Assembly: GCA_020137815.1 (NCBI GenBank)
Contig: CM035352.1
Coordinates: 124,001 to 188,000 of the forward strand
Source: Hormiphora californensis
Lineage: Eukaryota; Animalia; Ctenophora
Length of the DNA stretch: 64,000 nt
Reading direction: 5' to 3'
In this document: positions 15,935 to 29,674 of the stretch, piece by piece
Layout of the letters: each line of letters begins with the position of its first letter
Numbering within the stretch: the first letter of the stretch is position 1
The notes under the pieces: generated by a model
Database searches by the model: none
Seen by the model: the letters and a program-made list of their open reading frames with translations, nothing else
What the model was told of the DNA's origin: nothing
Position numbers and translations under genes: made by a program

Positions 15935-17197
15935 TGGTATTATGGTATAAACGATTTCCTGTTGGAGATATATGTATATATAAATCGGGGGTCCCTAAAT
16001 CGGGGTCCGACTGTATATATATATATATATATATCCAATAGGAAATCGTTTGGGGCATGCATTAATTAAGGTTAAGGAAAATCGTTAGGTCAAAAACTTG
16101 AGAATGCAATAAGTTCATTTCTTGACTACCATGGCCTTTAAAACTTTCCACACGCTTAGTGCTTCATAGGCCTAATAGTCTGCTGTCTGTCATAGTAAAA
16201 GTAAAGGCCCACGCAAACATAGAGGGAAACGAAAGAGTGATAAATAAGCAAAGAAAAGTATCAAAGAAAGTACCAGCTTGACAATCAATACAAACCATGA
16301 GAAGCCTGACACTAGCCTAACTAGACTAACTAGACTAACTAGACTAACGATCTAAGAAGTGCCCTCTATATCCATAAACTGAAACTGCGAAGGAATGCTG
16401 TTTATTTTCACAAGCGGAGTCACGATTACTGAGAACTCACATGGTTGCCCGATATCTCGTAAATGAGTAACTCAATTACGAGATATCGGGCAACCGTGGC
16501 CACTAGATATCGGTTGGCCGACAAAGATATAGAGAGAGAGAAGGAGAGATAGAACAAGGGTTGTATGGAGAATGGTTTTGCAGCAGGGCTGTAGCAAAGC
16601 CTAATGGGTTAAAGTGATGGGAGTCAGGCACAATAACATAGCATGTATCGGCATCAAACGTCCGGCAAAGGTATCTAGATAAACAATGGGAGGTTAAAGT
16701 AAGAGTGGCGCACAGTGTTAAACTATCTACTGCAGTCGGACAACGATTTACCAGCCCTTGATTTACCAGAACTCCTATTGATTTTACTGGGAAGAACTAT
16801 TTTAGGTATACTTACAAAGGCAAAGAAATAAATACACAGCTAAGGGGCCCTGAAATCTAGATAGAAGGCTAGTAAAATACTGCAAAAGCCTCGTCACGGT
16901 AATTGAAGTACTAAAGAGAGGGGGTAGAAAATACCTGGTGGACTGGGCGGCTATATATATTATTTTCCCCGATATAGAAATTTACTGCACCGATACCGAT
17001 ATATACCGAGCAAGATCCCGGTAAATCGGTGTCCAACTGTTACTTTTTCTAGGTCTGTTATTTATTAAGCGAAGAGTTAAGGGTTACGGAGACAGCAATA
17101 CGGATTCTTGGCCGCCATATTGCAGAACGAGAAGTAAAAGACTCCCAGATGCAGTTGCTAGCCATAACGTCTATTTTCCTAGCAACCAAACTGATGG

Positions 17198-17557
17198 TAA
17201 TGTACTCTAATGGATTTATCGATATCGACCCGGCCCACTTTATTTTTATTGGCAGAAGAGAAACAGAAATAGAGAGTAAAAGAACTCTCCCTGTTGATAT
17301 GTGATGGTTCTCTATTCCACCGTAGCCTAGGGTCTCACGTGCAACAGATACCATTAGGCCGCTGTCACTCAACTCTTGAATAATGTACTCTAATGGATTT
17401 ATCGATATCGACCCGGCCCACTTTATTTTTATTGGCATAAGAGAAACAGAAATAGAGAATAAAAGAAGTCTCCCTGTTGATATGTGATGGTTCTCTATTC
17501 CACCGTAGGCTATAGGGTGCAACAGATACTATTAGGCCGCTGTCACTCAACTCTTGA
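17198..17557. repeat. ~180-bp tandem duplication filling a cyclin intron
   Basis: taatgtactctaatggatttatcg...gtcactcaactcttga occurs twice. Confidence 0.9.
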
Positions 17558-20500
17558 GCAATACCTATTATGTTAGACTGAAAATATGTTAATGTTCCAG
17601 GATTATCCGCCACTTCCATTGGCCGCTATTCTTGGACTGTCGCCAAAAGAGTACAAGCCGGCTACAGTATTGAAAATGGAACGAATAGTGTGCCATAGCC
17701 TCAAGTACTCACTCCTGACACCGCTGACTACGACAATATGCCAAAGCTACGAAGAGATACTACGACCGGATGTCAGACAATCGGCTCTCACAAGGTAACT
17801 CTATAATGATAAATTGATTAACTCGCTGCATCTCGTCTCTTGAACTATTAAAAATGCAGATCCACCAAGCTTGGTCACATGTCAAATACATTCCTTTGGA
17901 GGGGTCCTCTAATCCTGCTGTTCCCTCATGGCCCCTTCAACCTTGTGAACTTTAGAGTGTTTCTCTTGTTTAACACATGTCCCTGTTTCATTACTGTTTT
18001 GGTAATGGTGGTGTAAGATCTTACACAAGTTTATTACCAAATTGTTACAGTCATACTGTGGGATATGAGACAAACCCATGATCCCCATACCACTAAGTCC
18101 ACCCCTTCCACTTCTTAGTTCAGTTCCAGAAGTAGATATGACCTGGTGCTTATTCACGTGTTGAGAGAACCGTGAACTGGTAGCTTGTGTTCTCAGGAAA
18201 GAACAAGTGTGAAGAAAACAGGTAGCGAAGTCGCACTGGTTTAGTTCTTTTGTCTTGTTACTTTTCCACTCACCTGTAAAGAAGAGAGAACCGGGCTGTT
18301 AGTTCATGTGAGCATTATAAAAGGGGGGGGGGGTGCTGAAGTTGAAGTTTCCTACCCATTTTAGTTTTTGAAGTCGACTTCAAAAACTTCAGCCGCCCCC
18401 CCCCCCTTATAAACGGTCACTGTTGAGTGTCGGAGACGCAGAAACGAGTGGTAGTACCGGGTCCGAGTTAAAGGGAAAATGTGCTGCCGATTGTTGACAG
18501 TTGGCGCCAGCTGTCGGCACAGCAGACCCGGAAAACTTCGGAGCAGGTGAAGCACGGTTCCAAGCTTGGTAGAGTAGACAGTCACGTGGTGTGTTGTGTC
18601 CCAAACTTCTTACTTTGATGTTCATACCGTGTTATTTTATTGTCTTCGAGTTGGTCCTCTAAGATCCATCACCCCCGAGTTCATCCTTCCCTACTGTCGT
18701 TTTACGTGCATGTGCCCACCAGTCCAGTAGAACCCCCAGTACTCACAGCCCACGAACCCCCAGTCTGAGCTCCCAATAGGGCTACCCCCTGTCATACTAG
18801 CATCTCCAGGGTACCCGAAGCTCACAATACCTCATCGCCCTTTTGGGTTCCCGCTTTTACATTTATCCAGGTACCCCTAGGTGTGGCAATGCTTCCGGAA
18901 TTAGGGAATCTTATCAGTGAGAGAGAGACAGAGAGACAGAGAGACACTCAGTCAGCGAGTGTTTTGGCCGGTTTAGAATGAGTTCCCCCACCCCTTTTAT
19001 TCTAATTCGAACATTTGCGGTTTCTCATACTAAACTATCTTGTTTGTTATAGGTACGCATTGCAACTCTTTATACAGAGTCCGGAGAACTTCTTCGCCGA
19101 GCCGCCATCAAAGGTAGCAGCAGCGGCCTGCTTGTTTACATTCAAGAAGACGGGGATCCCGGACGTACCTGTACCAGGGTACCGTGGGGTGGAGCTGCTC
19201 CCATTGGTGGAAGCCATGGACAACGCGATGCGGGAGGCTCCGGTAAAGTACCCAGATTTGTTTGTGAAATTCTCTGGCGGGAATTTCTATCGGGTGACTG
19301 AGCTGACTACTAGAGATTTAACTTGACAGATGTAAGTAATATTGTGTTCATTAACCGATCATATTGATGAATATCATTTGGATTAGTAACGGCTCACCAT
19401 GAAGCGCCTAGATAAATGTTACCACCAATAACCCGCACCAATAACCCCCACCCCTCTTCATTTCAGTTCGTCTAGGACAGTGGACACTGGACACTCTTTG
19501 TTGGACACACATTTTTTGGATCGAATAATTTTTTGATCGGATCACATCGTGGTAGAAATGGAATGAAAGAGAGACATGAAATATGCATAGTATGAGTAGC
19601 AAAACTGACCGTTCCATGAGGTGTTTTAGGATGTTCTCAATTCTTACTCGGTGATATTAAAAACACAAATCTTAGGTATCCATTGCTATATATTACAGCG
19701 GATGGAAATTGGAAAATCAGTTTTGAATACATAGAAATCATAAATATATTCCCCCCCCCCAAAAGTGTCTTTTTTGCTAATATACAGTCGGTTCCCGATT
19801 TACCGCGATGCTCGGGGGAAAGATATTGCCTGATAATTCAGGGTGCCCGGGTCAAATAATGTTAATTTCTTATCCCGGCTCGGGTATATATCAACGACCG
19901 GTAAATTGGGGTCCGACTGTAACTTAATAAATAGTTCTTTGTCCATCACAATCTTTTAACACTTATTTCCAGGTACTGCTCATTCAGTCGAACAATGCCG
20001 TGTAAACTGTCCTCTATCAAGAATTATGAAGCTCCCATCATCCGGTGTAGGCTTTTTCCTGACAGAGGTATGGTATAATGTTAATTAATAATCAGGTCAT
20101 TATCAGGTCATCACAACACTTTAGGTTGTGACAAACAATATGTTTTTCAATTTGTATCCTGCTCCCTCTACACCCGGTCGAGCACTTTCGTGGCCGTCGC
20201 CGCCCCGTATTGTATATTTTACAGTATAAATCCTTAACCCATTCTCTCTTCACTCTAATTTAAAATTATATCTCTCTCACCTAGTTTGATTCGGTCCTGA
20301 CCAAGATGTTTACGTTGGTACATATTTGTCCTTTTCCTTCTCATACCAAGTTTCGACTAATGCCATGTGAACTGTCCTTCATCCCGTTCCTGAAAATGAG
20401 GTATGTTAACAAGATTTAAGTAATAATGTTTAAGGGATCATCAATTCAGCCCTAAATTACAAATTGGCTTAATTCAGTTTTCAGATGGTGAAATGAACAT

Positions 20501-21208
20501 GGTGGCCACTTATGTCACACTTATACCCTAAGATTTAGTCGGGGCGCGCGCGGTTGTTTTTAAAATAAAAGTTAAAACGTGTCAGCAGTTCGTGGCGTGG
20601 TGTGTGTGTGCGCGTCTTAGCAACCCCTGAACTTAGTGTGACAGCGGGCCTAGCCCCTACGGGGCTTGCCCGCTTCGCGGGCAAAACACATTATCACTCA
20701 GACTGCATTTAACTGTTTAGTACTAGCCTATTGTACCGTCTTCATAGTGAAGTGCAATTTCGGGTCGAAAAAGTCAATTTTGTAACAAAGTCATATCTTA
20801 ACTGTTTTTAATCGAATAAATTGTTGCATTAATGTTGTCGATACAGTTATCCGCTTATTACTACTTACTTTTATTAAGTTTTTTGGCCAAAATCGAGCCA
20901 ATATAGCGTTTTTTTGGTCAATTTTGGACATATATGACTAAAAAATCCCAAAAATTTTTATGCATAAATGACCTCAGACAGTGCTTGGCATCTGAAGATA
21001 ACTTTCAGCTCTTTAAATGAAGTCAAACAGGTCAAAAATCACTTAGATTGGCATAAATGGTGATTTGGCCAAATTTGGCTGGCAGATCAGCATTGGTGTT
21101 AAGCTGAGCACTAACAATATGATTCTTTATTGGTTAGAAATGATCGAATTCCGTTCAAATCATTCATACTCCGTACAACAAAACCCTGGTTAGAAAGTAT
21201 CGAAATTT

Positions 21209-24200
21209 CCAATTTGTTGGAGCCGCGCGATGGCCAAAAATAAACTTACTGTATAAAAGGCACTATCCTTAACACATTATTTGTGCGCTACCGTGTTACA
21301 GTTACACTGTTAACTAAAGGGGTATCCTGTTGTGGAAAAGGCGGACGGTGGGTGTACGATTGGAGAGTGGTGGTACACGATCCGGGGCGTGTGAGTATAC
21401 AAAGTCGAAAACACGGTTGTTTGGTGGAACGTTTCGGGGGTTGTGCCCCTTTTTCAGCTAATATAAATGGTGTGTTTAGGACAGAATGACAAATGTAAAT
21501 ACAATATCAAAAATAAAATGTCTAAACTATTCTATCTAGAAATAACTATAACTCTGCTAAATAAACTCTGCTAAAGACCTACTGACAACGGAAAATAAGG
21601 ATCAGGGTGGCAGAGGAAAAATGGTGGCAGGGGGAAAGTCACTGTGTGTCACTTCTTTCACTGCCAATTTTTGGTTTGCAACGGTAAAGGGGGGCTCCTC
21701 TCTACCCTCTTGAAATATTTGATTACTTTTGAGTGAAGTCATAAAAAACTAGTATGAGAGAAAAGTGTGTGTGTTGTAGTTTTGGACCTGATGTACTTAA
21801 ACCTGTATCCAGCGACCTGTTCAAGCACATGCAAATGGATGGAAACCACCTACTCAGACAATCACCCTCCGCAACAAATCAGATAAACCTGTCGTTTTTT
21901 TTTATTGCTCAGTTACTGTCCCCTACCGTTATTGTTCTCAGTTATTTTATAGGTATGGTCGCGAGTTAGTAGCTATTCTAGTCAGTCATCAGTACAGTCA
22001 GTCAGTCAATTCCAGTCAGTCAGTCAGTCAAGTCAGTTTCAGTCAGTCAGTCAGTCAGTCGTCTATAACTCAGTTCAATCCTCATTCCGCAATGTTTATG
22101 AAATATGATCTCGTCATTTCTATTTCTTCTGTATAGTGGCAATTAGGCACTTAGATTTCATCCCATGGAGTACTCATTCCTGTTAGCTTCCTCCCCACTT
22201 TCCCCCCGCCTACATCGTTCTTTTTATCAGTTTATGGGAGGTGTGTGCTTCTTTATGCTTCACCTCGCCTCGGCACTATTATATTGTTTGTTTGTTTTCC
22301 TAGGTGGACTCTCCTCAGTTCCCTCTGGCCTCAGTCCCTTCTTTCATAAGCAGGCGCCAGGAATGTTCAGTTTCGTCCGCTTCACTCATGGATCGGTGTC
22401 CATTGTTGCTTTTGTCCCCGGGCAATGCTCGTCCCGCGCCTATTCCTTTTCCGTGTTCGCCCCTAGGTGCCTGCTATCTGCAAGAATTGGCACGTGACCT
22501 TCGGTGTTTAATTTATAAGGAGGAGTTTTGTTGTATAAACTTAGGGTCACTGGCGTGGGAAGGGAGGTGCCCATTTCATAGAGTAGGTAGTCGAGGGTCT
22601 CGGTTTAGATATTACAGTATCACTGACCCGCTTACAATACTTTTTTTAGTGCAAGAATTATCTATCATTATGATAGTATCTATTTCCGGTGTCTACCACT
22701 TCTCATATCAGTAATACCTTTCTGGGGGGGGGACAGCGCAGGGCATATAACTCCCGAGTGAGAACGCATTCATTGGCACCCCCGACTCTCTCTCAACAAC
22801 AACAACTTATTATTCTGAACACATTCTGAGAGATGTGGGGGGTGCAATGAATGGTTCTCCACTCGGGAGTTATATGCCCTGCGCATGTACAGAAAGGTAT
22901 TACTGATATAGAAGTGGTAGACACCTGAAATATGATACTATCAATGATAGAATATTCTTGCCTGAAAAAAGTATTGTAAGCGGGTCGGTGATAACTGTAA
23001 TATCTAAACGAGACCCCTCGACTACCTACTCTATGAAAATGGCACCTCCTTTCCACGAGCTGACCCCTACATGTTTATAAACAAAACTCTCTCTATAAAT
23101 TAAACACCGAAGGTCACGTGCCAATCTTGCAGACTAGCAGGCACCTAGGGGCGAACACCGGAAAGGAATAGGGCGGGAAGGAGATATGCGGAAAAAGCAA
23201 CCAATGACCCGATCCATGATTGAAGCGGAAGGAACGAAACATGCCTGGCGCCTGCTATGAAAGAGGATGGCAGAGGGAACATAAAGAGGTCCACTAGAAA
23301 AAAAAACAATATAATAGTGGCCGACGAGTGTGAAGCATAAAGAACACACACCTCCCATAAACTGATAAAAAGACGATGTAGCCGGGGTGAAATGGGGAAG
23401 CTACCAGGAATATTACTATGGGATGAAAATCTAAGTGCCTAATGACACTATACAGAAGAAATAGAAATGAAGAGATCATATTCATAATACATTGCGTGAC
23501 TGAGTGATTGACTGAGTTATAGACTGACTGACTGACTGACTGACTGACTGACTGACTGACTGACTGACTGACTGACTGACTGACTGACTGACTGACTGAC
23601 TGAGAATAGCTTACTAACTCGCGACATACCTATAAAATAATCTAGAACAATCACAGGGACAGTAACTGACAATAAAAACGACAGGTTTATCTGATTTGTT
23701 GCGAGGGTTGATTGCTGAGTAGGTGTTTCCATCCATTTGCAGTGCTGGAACAGGTAGCGGATACAGGTTTAAGTCCATCAGGTCAAAATACACACACACA
23801 CTTTTCTCTCATACTAGTTTTTATGCACTTCTCACTCAAAGTATCAATATTACAAGAGGGATAGCGAGAGCCCCCCTTTCCGGTGCAAACCAAAATTGGC
23901 AGTGAAAGAAGTGACACACCAGTGACTTCCCCCTGCACCATTTTCCTCTTCCACCCTTGATCCTTATTTGCCCGTTGTCAGTAGAGTCTTTAGCAGAGTT
24001 ATTTAGCAGAGTTATAGTTATTTCTAGATAGAATAGTTTAGACAGTTTTATTTTTGATATTGTATTTACATTGTCATTTGTCCTAACACACCATTTATAT
24101 TAGCTGAAGAAGGGGCACAACCCCGAAACGTTCCAACCAACCACCGTGTTTTGACTTTGTATGACCTCCCACGCCCCGGACGTGTCCCCCCACTCTCCAA

Positions 24201-24354
24201 TGTATCACCCCGTCCGCCTTTTCCACAACATGATACCCCTTTAAGTTTAACAGTGTAACTGTAACACGGTAGCGCACAAATAATGTGTTAAGGATAGTGC
24301 TCTTTTTTACAGTAAGTTTATTTTTGGCATCGCGCGCTCCAACAAATTAATTTC
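21209..24354. repeat. ~3.1-kb inverted duplication (fold-back) containing an RTEX-like LINE 3' end with (GACT)n tail
   Basis: 21209-22793 is the reverse complement of ~22828-24354 with many small indels; (AGTC)n at ~21980-22060 mirrors (GACT)n at 23522-23602. Confidence 0.85.
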
Positions 24355-24515
24355 AAAGTGGGATTTTCCCTGTCCGGGTGCTGTACCACTGCGCTGGCAA
24401 ACGGAAAGGTGGTCCCGTCCATCCCGTGAAAAAAATACCGCCAGCTGAAATTTTGGACTGAGAAGCTTCTTGTAGACCTCTATCGATGGTGAAAATTTCA
24501 AGTGGCTAGCTCATT

Positions 24516-24790
24516 TTGTTCGAAAGCTATAACACTATCCAAAACAGAAAATTCAGAAGACGAGAACGTTACTCCATCATCATGGTCTGGAAAATGGCCA
24601 ACGGTGAAGCGCCAAACAACATCGGTATCCGCTTTTACCAAAATGATCGTCTAGGACTACGAGCGGAGGTGCCAACATGCCCCACTACCACACAATCGTC
24701 GGTGGCCACGAAATTCCACAACTCTTTCGCTTCTAGAGCGACCCGACTATGGAAGACCCTTCCAAGTGAAGTGAACTCAGCCAAAAACTG
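24516..24790 (+). mobile_element. CR1/Jockey-group LINE C-terminal fragment
   Basis: RRRERYSIIMVWK...NSFASRATRLWKTLP, typical RT C-terminus. Confidence 0.7.
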
Positions 24791-24793
24791 TGT

Positions 24794-26780
24794 TCAAAGT
24801 ACTTCTTGGAGAAGGGTCTTGGAAGGGTAGGTTGTCTTTGACCACCTTTCCTCCACTCGGTTCCATACTCCTCTTTTGTCATGTTGTGAGTACGAGTGGG
24901 TGAACACGAGCGTAATGTTCATTTCTGCGGTCCATTTCGTTCGTGGCGCTCTAGTTGGGGGTGGTGGTGGGGGATCGGTGGTGTCCCCATTTGCCGAGGT
25001 ACTCGGACCCGCAGTGTTATCATTCACCGTGAGATCCACTTCCGGGAGTATATTTAGGCCAGATGCTGCTAGCCCTGCAGCATTCGCTGATCAGCATCTC
25101 CTGCGGTTACCATGTGTCCAGATTTCTCTATTGATCTGAACTGGCTTGAGAGTTTGGCACCTGTTAATGGGTGGTGTCCTTGTCTTCCATAGGCGTTCGA
25201 GCCTCTTCCAGGATCCGATGTGCCTGGGTTGCTGCTGTAGTAGCAGTACACCAAGTCTAGGTTCTCTTGCTTAGACCAGACCTTCCTTGGTTTACGGGTG
25301 TTATTACTCATGTCGAATAAGATGAGTAAGTTTTGGGGGTGAGTTTCAAACCAATCACTGTGTAGTGTGTATACATAGTCATCAGTTTGTTAGAAGAAGA
25401 GCCGGGTCTTAACACTGCCACCGGTGCACAGCGGTAACGGAATCCCACCGCCACATTTGGTCCGTTAGTGGATGGTTTACCCGGCCATCCTTGCAGCTTT
25501 TCAGCACGAACCGACACTTAACACTTTCAGCGTACGGGTGTGTATATGTCTATATGGTGGATCTGGAACGGGGACATATATATGTGAAGCATTGTGATCT
25601 AGCTGGAACGGGGTAAACTATCCTCCCAGGAACAGGGTAAACTATCCTCTCCGGAACGGGGCAACTATCCTCTGTGGAGCGGGGTAAACTATCCTCTCAG
25701 GCGCGGGGTAAGGGGTATACTATCCTCTCCGGAACGGGGCAACTATCCTCTGTGGAGCGGGGTAAACTATCCTCTCAGGCGCGGGGTAAGGGGCAACTAT
25801 CCTCTCAGGAACGGGGCAACTATCCTCTGTGGATCGGGGTAAACTATCCTCTCAGGCGCGGGGTAAGGGGTATACTATTCTCTCTGGATCGGGGCAACTA
25901 TCCTCTCGAGAACGGGGCAACTATCCTCTGTGGAGGCGGGGTAAACTATCCTCTCAGGCGCAGGTAAGGGGGTATACTATCCTCTCCGAACGGGGCAACT
26001 ATCCTCTGTGGAGCGGGGTAAACTATCCTCCAGGTGTGGGGTAAGGGTATACTATCCTCTCCGGAACGGGGCAACTATCCTCTGTGGAGCGGGGTAAACT
26101 ATCCTCTCAGGTGTGGGGTAAGGGGTATACTATCCTCTCCGGAACGGGGCAACTATCCTCTGTGGAGCGGGGTAAACTATCCTCTCAGGCGCGGGGTAAG
26201 GGGTATACTATTCTCTCCGGAACGGGGCAACTATCCTCTGTGGAGCGGGGTAAACTATCCTCTCAGGCGCGGGGTAAGGGGTATACTATTCTCTCTGGAT
26301 CGGGGTAGACTATTCTCTCTGGGACGGGGTAACTATCCTCTGTGAAGCGGGGTAAACTATCCTCCCCGGAACGGGGAAAATGATCCTCTCCGAAGTAGAA
26401 CCCTATCTGGAGCGGTACCCTATTAATGGGAGGTTTAGGGGGTTAGCAGATTAGTATCAGGATTGGTTAGTGGGTTAGTAGATAAAGGGGCATTGAGGTC
26501 CACAGGTGGCTGGAAGGTGCCTGTTCCACGGGTAACCCTAAGCCGGGGTAGAACGTAATAGTTGGCGATGATACACTGTGGCCGCCTAGCCAAGAAGATC
26601 TTTTTGTGTTTTGTATTTTATGATTTTTTCCCGTATTTTTGATACACAGCCACGCTTAGCCACGGCCACACGGACCTGAAAATCGATCAAGGGGAAAAGG
26701 GGATGGGGAAAAGGTACTCCGTGTGACCCTGTTGCCCGGGGAAAACCGATAGGAGGGTGTGCAGGTGGACAACTCCCCCC
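24794..26780 (-). mobile_element. 5' portion of R4/Dong-like non-LTR retrotransposon (ribozyme, minisatellite 5'UTR, Myb-like N-terminus); second copy ~35050-36932
   Basis: Starts directly after (GA)n. Frameshifted ORF from 25311 with two Myb-like repeats (RKVWSKQENLDLVYCYY, RTKWTAEMNITLV). Tandem ~23-nt units at 25604-26390. Confidence 0.7.
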
Positions 26781-28870
26781 TCTCTCTCTCTCTCTCTCTC
26801 TCCTCTCTCTCCTCTCTCTCTCTCTCTCGGTCCACTACACGCACCACTCCCACATGGGGCCGTGAGGCCCCATGCGAGAGCAGGGTTAAATCCCCCGGAC
26901 CCGGATCCTGTTGGATCTGAGGGCCCGGAGGGCCTGGCGAGTAGGTAGGGTAGGTAGAACAATGTACATACGGTAAATTTAACAATGTACATATGGGTAA
27001 GGAAAGGGAATGATATTAAAAAGGGGGATTAAAGCTCACGGTAACGGAGCACAAGACCTCCTAAACTATCTGCAAAGAAGCCCAATCTGCTACAATGAAT
27101 TCTAAGAAGAGACAACTATCAGGAACTGAAGAAGCAAACCGTCTGAATCTAAGGCAGCTAAACAGCAGGAACGGGTTCGAGCGAAAAAAAAATTAATACA
27201 AATGGATGATGAAATTAGTGTCGAGCCAGAGAGGACAGCCAGCCTGGTCCAGAGAAGCCAGCTGACCCCGCCCCAGAGAAGACAGCTGACCCCGCCCAGA
27301 GAAGCCAGCTGGCCCCGTTCCAGAAAAGCCAGCTGACCCCGCTCCAGAGAAGCAGCTGACCCCGTTCCAGAGAAGACAGCCACCCCGTTCCAGAGAAGAC
27401 AGCTGACCCCGTTCCATTAAGGACAGCTGACCCCGCTCCAGTAAAGACAGCTGACCCGCTCCAGAGAGGACAGCCACCCCGCTCCGAGAGGACAGCTGAC
27501 CCCGCTCCAGTAAGGACAGCCACCCCGCTCCAGAGAGGACAGCCACCCCGTTCCAAAGAGGACAGCTGACCCCGCTCCAGTAAGGACAGCTGACCCCGCT
27601 CCAGAGAAACAGCTGACCCCGTTCCAGTAAAGACAGCTGACCCGTTCCAGTAAGGACAGCTGACCCCGTTCCAGAGAAGACAGCCACCCCGCTCCAGAGA
27701 AGACAGCTGACCCCGTTCCAGTAAGGACAGCTGACCCCGTTCCAGTAAAGACAGCTGACCCCGCTCCAGTAAAGACAGCTGACCCCGTTCCAGAGAGGAC
27801 AGCCACCCCGTTCCAGAGAGGACAGCTGACCCCGCTCCAGTAAGGACAGCTGACCCCGTTCCAGTAAAGACAGCTGACCCCGCTCCAGAGAGGACAGCCA
27901 CCCCGTTCCAAAGAATCATCTCCGATGTAGAAACCCTAGGGGAAACGATTGGAGGTGGTAGCAGGTGGACCAACTCCCCCCTCCTCTCTCTCTCTCTCTC
28001 TCTCTCTCCTCTCTCTCCTTCTCTCCCTCTCTCTCTCTCCTCTCTCTCTCTCGGTCCACAACACGCACCACTCCCATGGGGCCGTAAGGTCCATGTGGAA
28101 ACAGGGTTAAATCCCCCGAGCCCGGATCTGTTGGATCTGAGGGCCGGAGGGCCTGCAGAGTAAAGGTAGGTAGAACAATGTACATAAGGGTAGGTTGAAC
28201 AATGTACATATGGGTTAAAGTAAAGAAATAATATACAGGGAATTAAAGCTCATGGTGACGGAGCAAAAGACCTCCTAAACTATCTGGAAAGAAGCCCAAC
28301 CATCTGGAACGGAGTCTAAGAAGGGTCAACTTATCAGGAACAAAAGCAGCAAATCGTCTAAATCTAGGGAAACCTAGTGGCAAGCAGGAACGGGTAGAAA
28401 GGTATAAATATAAATAAATTATTCCAATTACAGTGGGAGACAGCAGGAGTATATTACATGTCGAGAACTTTCCGGAGCGTGTTCATCGAGTTGAAGAGAC
28501 TGACTTTTGGAGCTGGAGGGGTAAATTTGGCGGGTTATGGCAGTCAGGTACTTCTCCAGTCGGGGCTGACTCCGCCAAGGGCTCCGATCACGATAGGGAT
28601 GACCGTGGCCTTTTTAAGTTCCCAAATTCGTGTGAGCTCCCTCCGAAGATCTTGGTTACTTCTCGATCTCTCCATCTCCCTGTCCGAGACTGACCTGTCT
28701 TTGGTACAGCGACGTCGATCAGTAGCGCTTCTTCTTTAGTTTGTCTAGAAGGACCAAGTCAGGTTTACATGCCTGGATGGGGTTGTCCGTCTGTATGTGG
28801 AAATCCCAGAGGATCTTGCAGTTCTCATTCTCGAGCACTTTCTCTGCATAGTGGCTCCACTCCTCTCTCT

Positions 28871-28902
<32 letters not shown>

Positions 28903-29574
28903 CTCTCTCTCCTCTCCCTTGAGCTTAACCATTTTTCACGAACACTATCAAATCGCACGATCAGCACACGGCTATACTCCGTCTCACACACGAACATTTG
29001 ACCCTGCTTCCACACCCTGCTTTCAACTAGTCTCTAAGGTGTCGTCATATGCTACATCAAGAAGTCCAGTTGACTACATACTGCAAGCTTTACTGTCAGT
29101 GATTGGGCAACAGAATTGCTAGAGCACCAGAGATTGGGTGTTCGCGAGTATATGGTTAATACCGGTTTCAACTGGATGGCCGCAGAGATGATATCCATCA
29201 AACTCCACCTCACGTGTATGTTGTATAAACGCTGTCAGCCTTAGCCCGAGTGAGGACCAGTGAGGGCCAGGGAGATTGGAATTCTTGGAAATAGAAAACA
29301 ACAAACTTGATAAGGGGATAATTAGTGAGAGATTAAAATTAGTGAGAGAAAGAGGAGAGTGAGTGTAAATGACAGACTGTGTGTCGTGTGGTACCTTGTC
29401 ATCATATTCTGTGTGTTTGAGTGTAAGAAGGTGTAAAAACACTGCGAGAACACTTTCCTTACTTATATCCCGCACAGTGCAAATTTCACCGTGCAAATGG
29501 TCGCACACAGCGGGAGTGACATCGCAAATTTTCTCAATTTCTCATATAATTATATGAGAAACGAAACGAGAACG

Positions 29575-29674
29575 NNNNNNNNNNNNNNNNNNNNNNNNNN
29601 NNNNNNNNNNNNNNNNNNNNNNNNNNNNNNNNNNNNNNNNNNNNNNNNNNNNNNNNNNNNNNNNNNNNNNNNNN
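29575..29674. other. Assembly gap (100 N)
   Basis: Run of N. Confidence 0.99.

Larger units (their letters stand above)
14616..19326 (+). pseudogene. Divergent cyclin A/B-like gene, ~6 exons, with lesions
   Basis: Exons 14616-14677, 15648-15815, 16806-~16955, 17053-17196, 17601-17794, 19053-19326. Cyclin box: RKYLVDW..VCYLLSEELRVTETAIRILGR..MQLLAITSIFLATKLM-DYPP..YKPATVLKMERIVCHSLKYSL..P; C-terminal fold PPSKVAAAA..VKFS. In-frame TGA at 16851, apparent 1-nt shift in exon 2, no canonical donor after exon 3. Confidence 0.75.
24349..29574. repeat. ~5.2-kb block duplicated at 34628-39776
   Basis: Collinear from aatttcaaagtgggattttccctg to gagaaacgaaacgag; copies differ largely by homopolymer-type indels. 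Confidence 0.92.

Noticed and set aside
25405-25440. Twister ribozyme (TAACACTGCC start)
   Set aside because: The remaining conserved core is missing and it is antisense to the element.
25604-27911. Regularly spaced ~23-nt repeats as a CRISPR array or repetitive proteins
   Set aside because: No unique spacers, no cas genes, eukaryotic context; the ORFs are translations of minisatellites.
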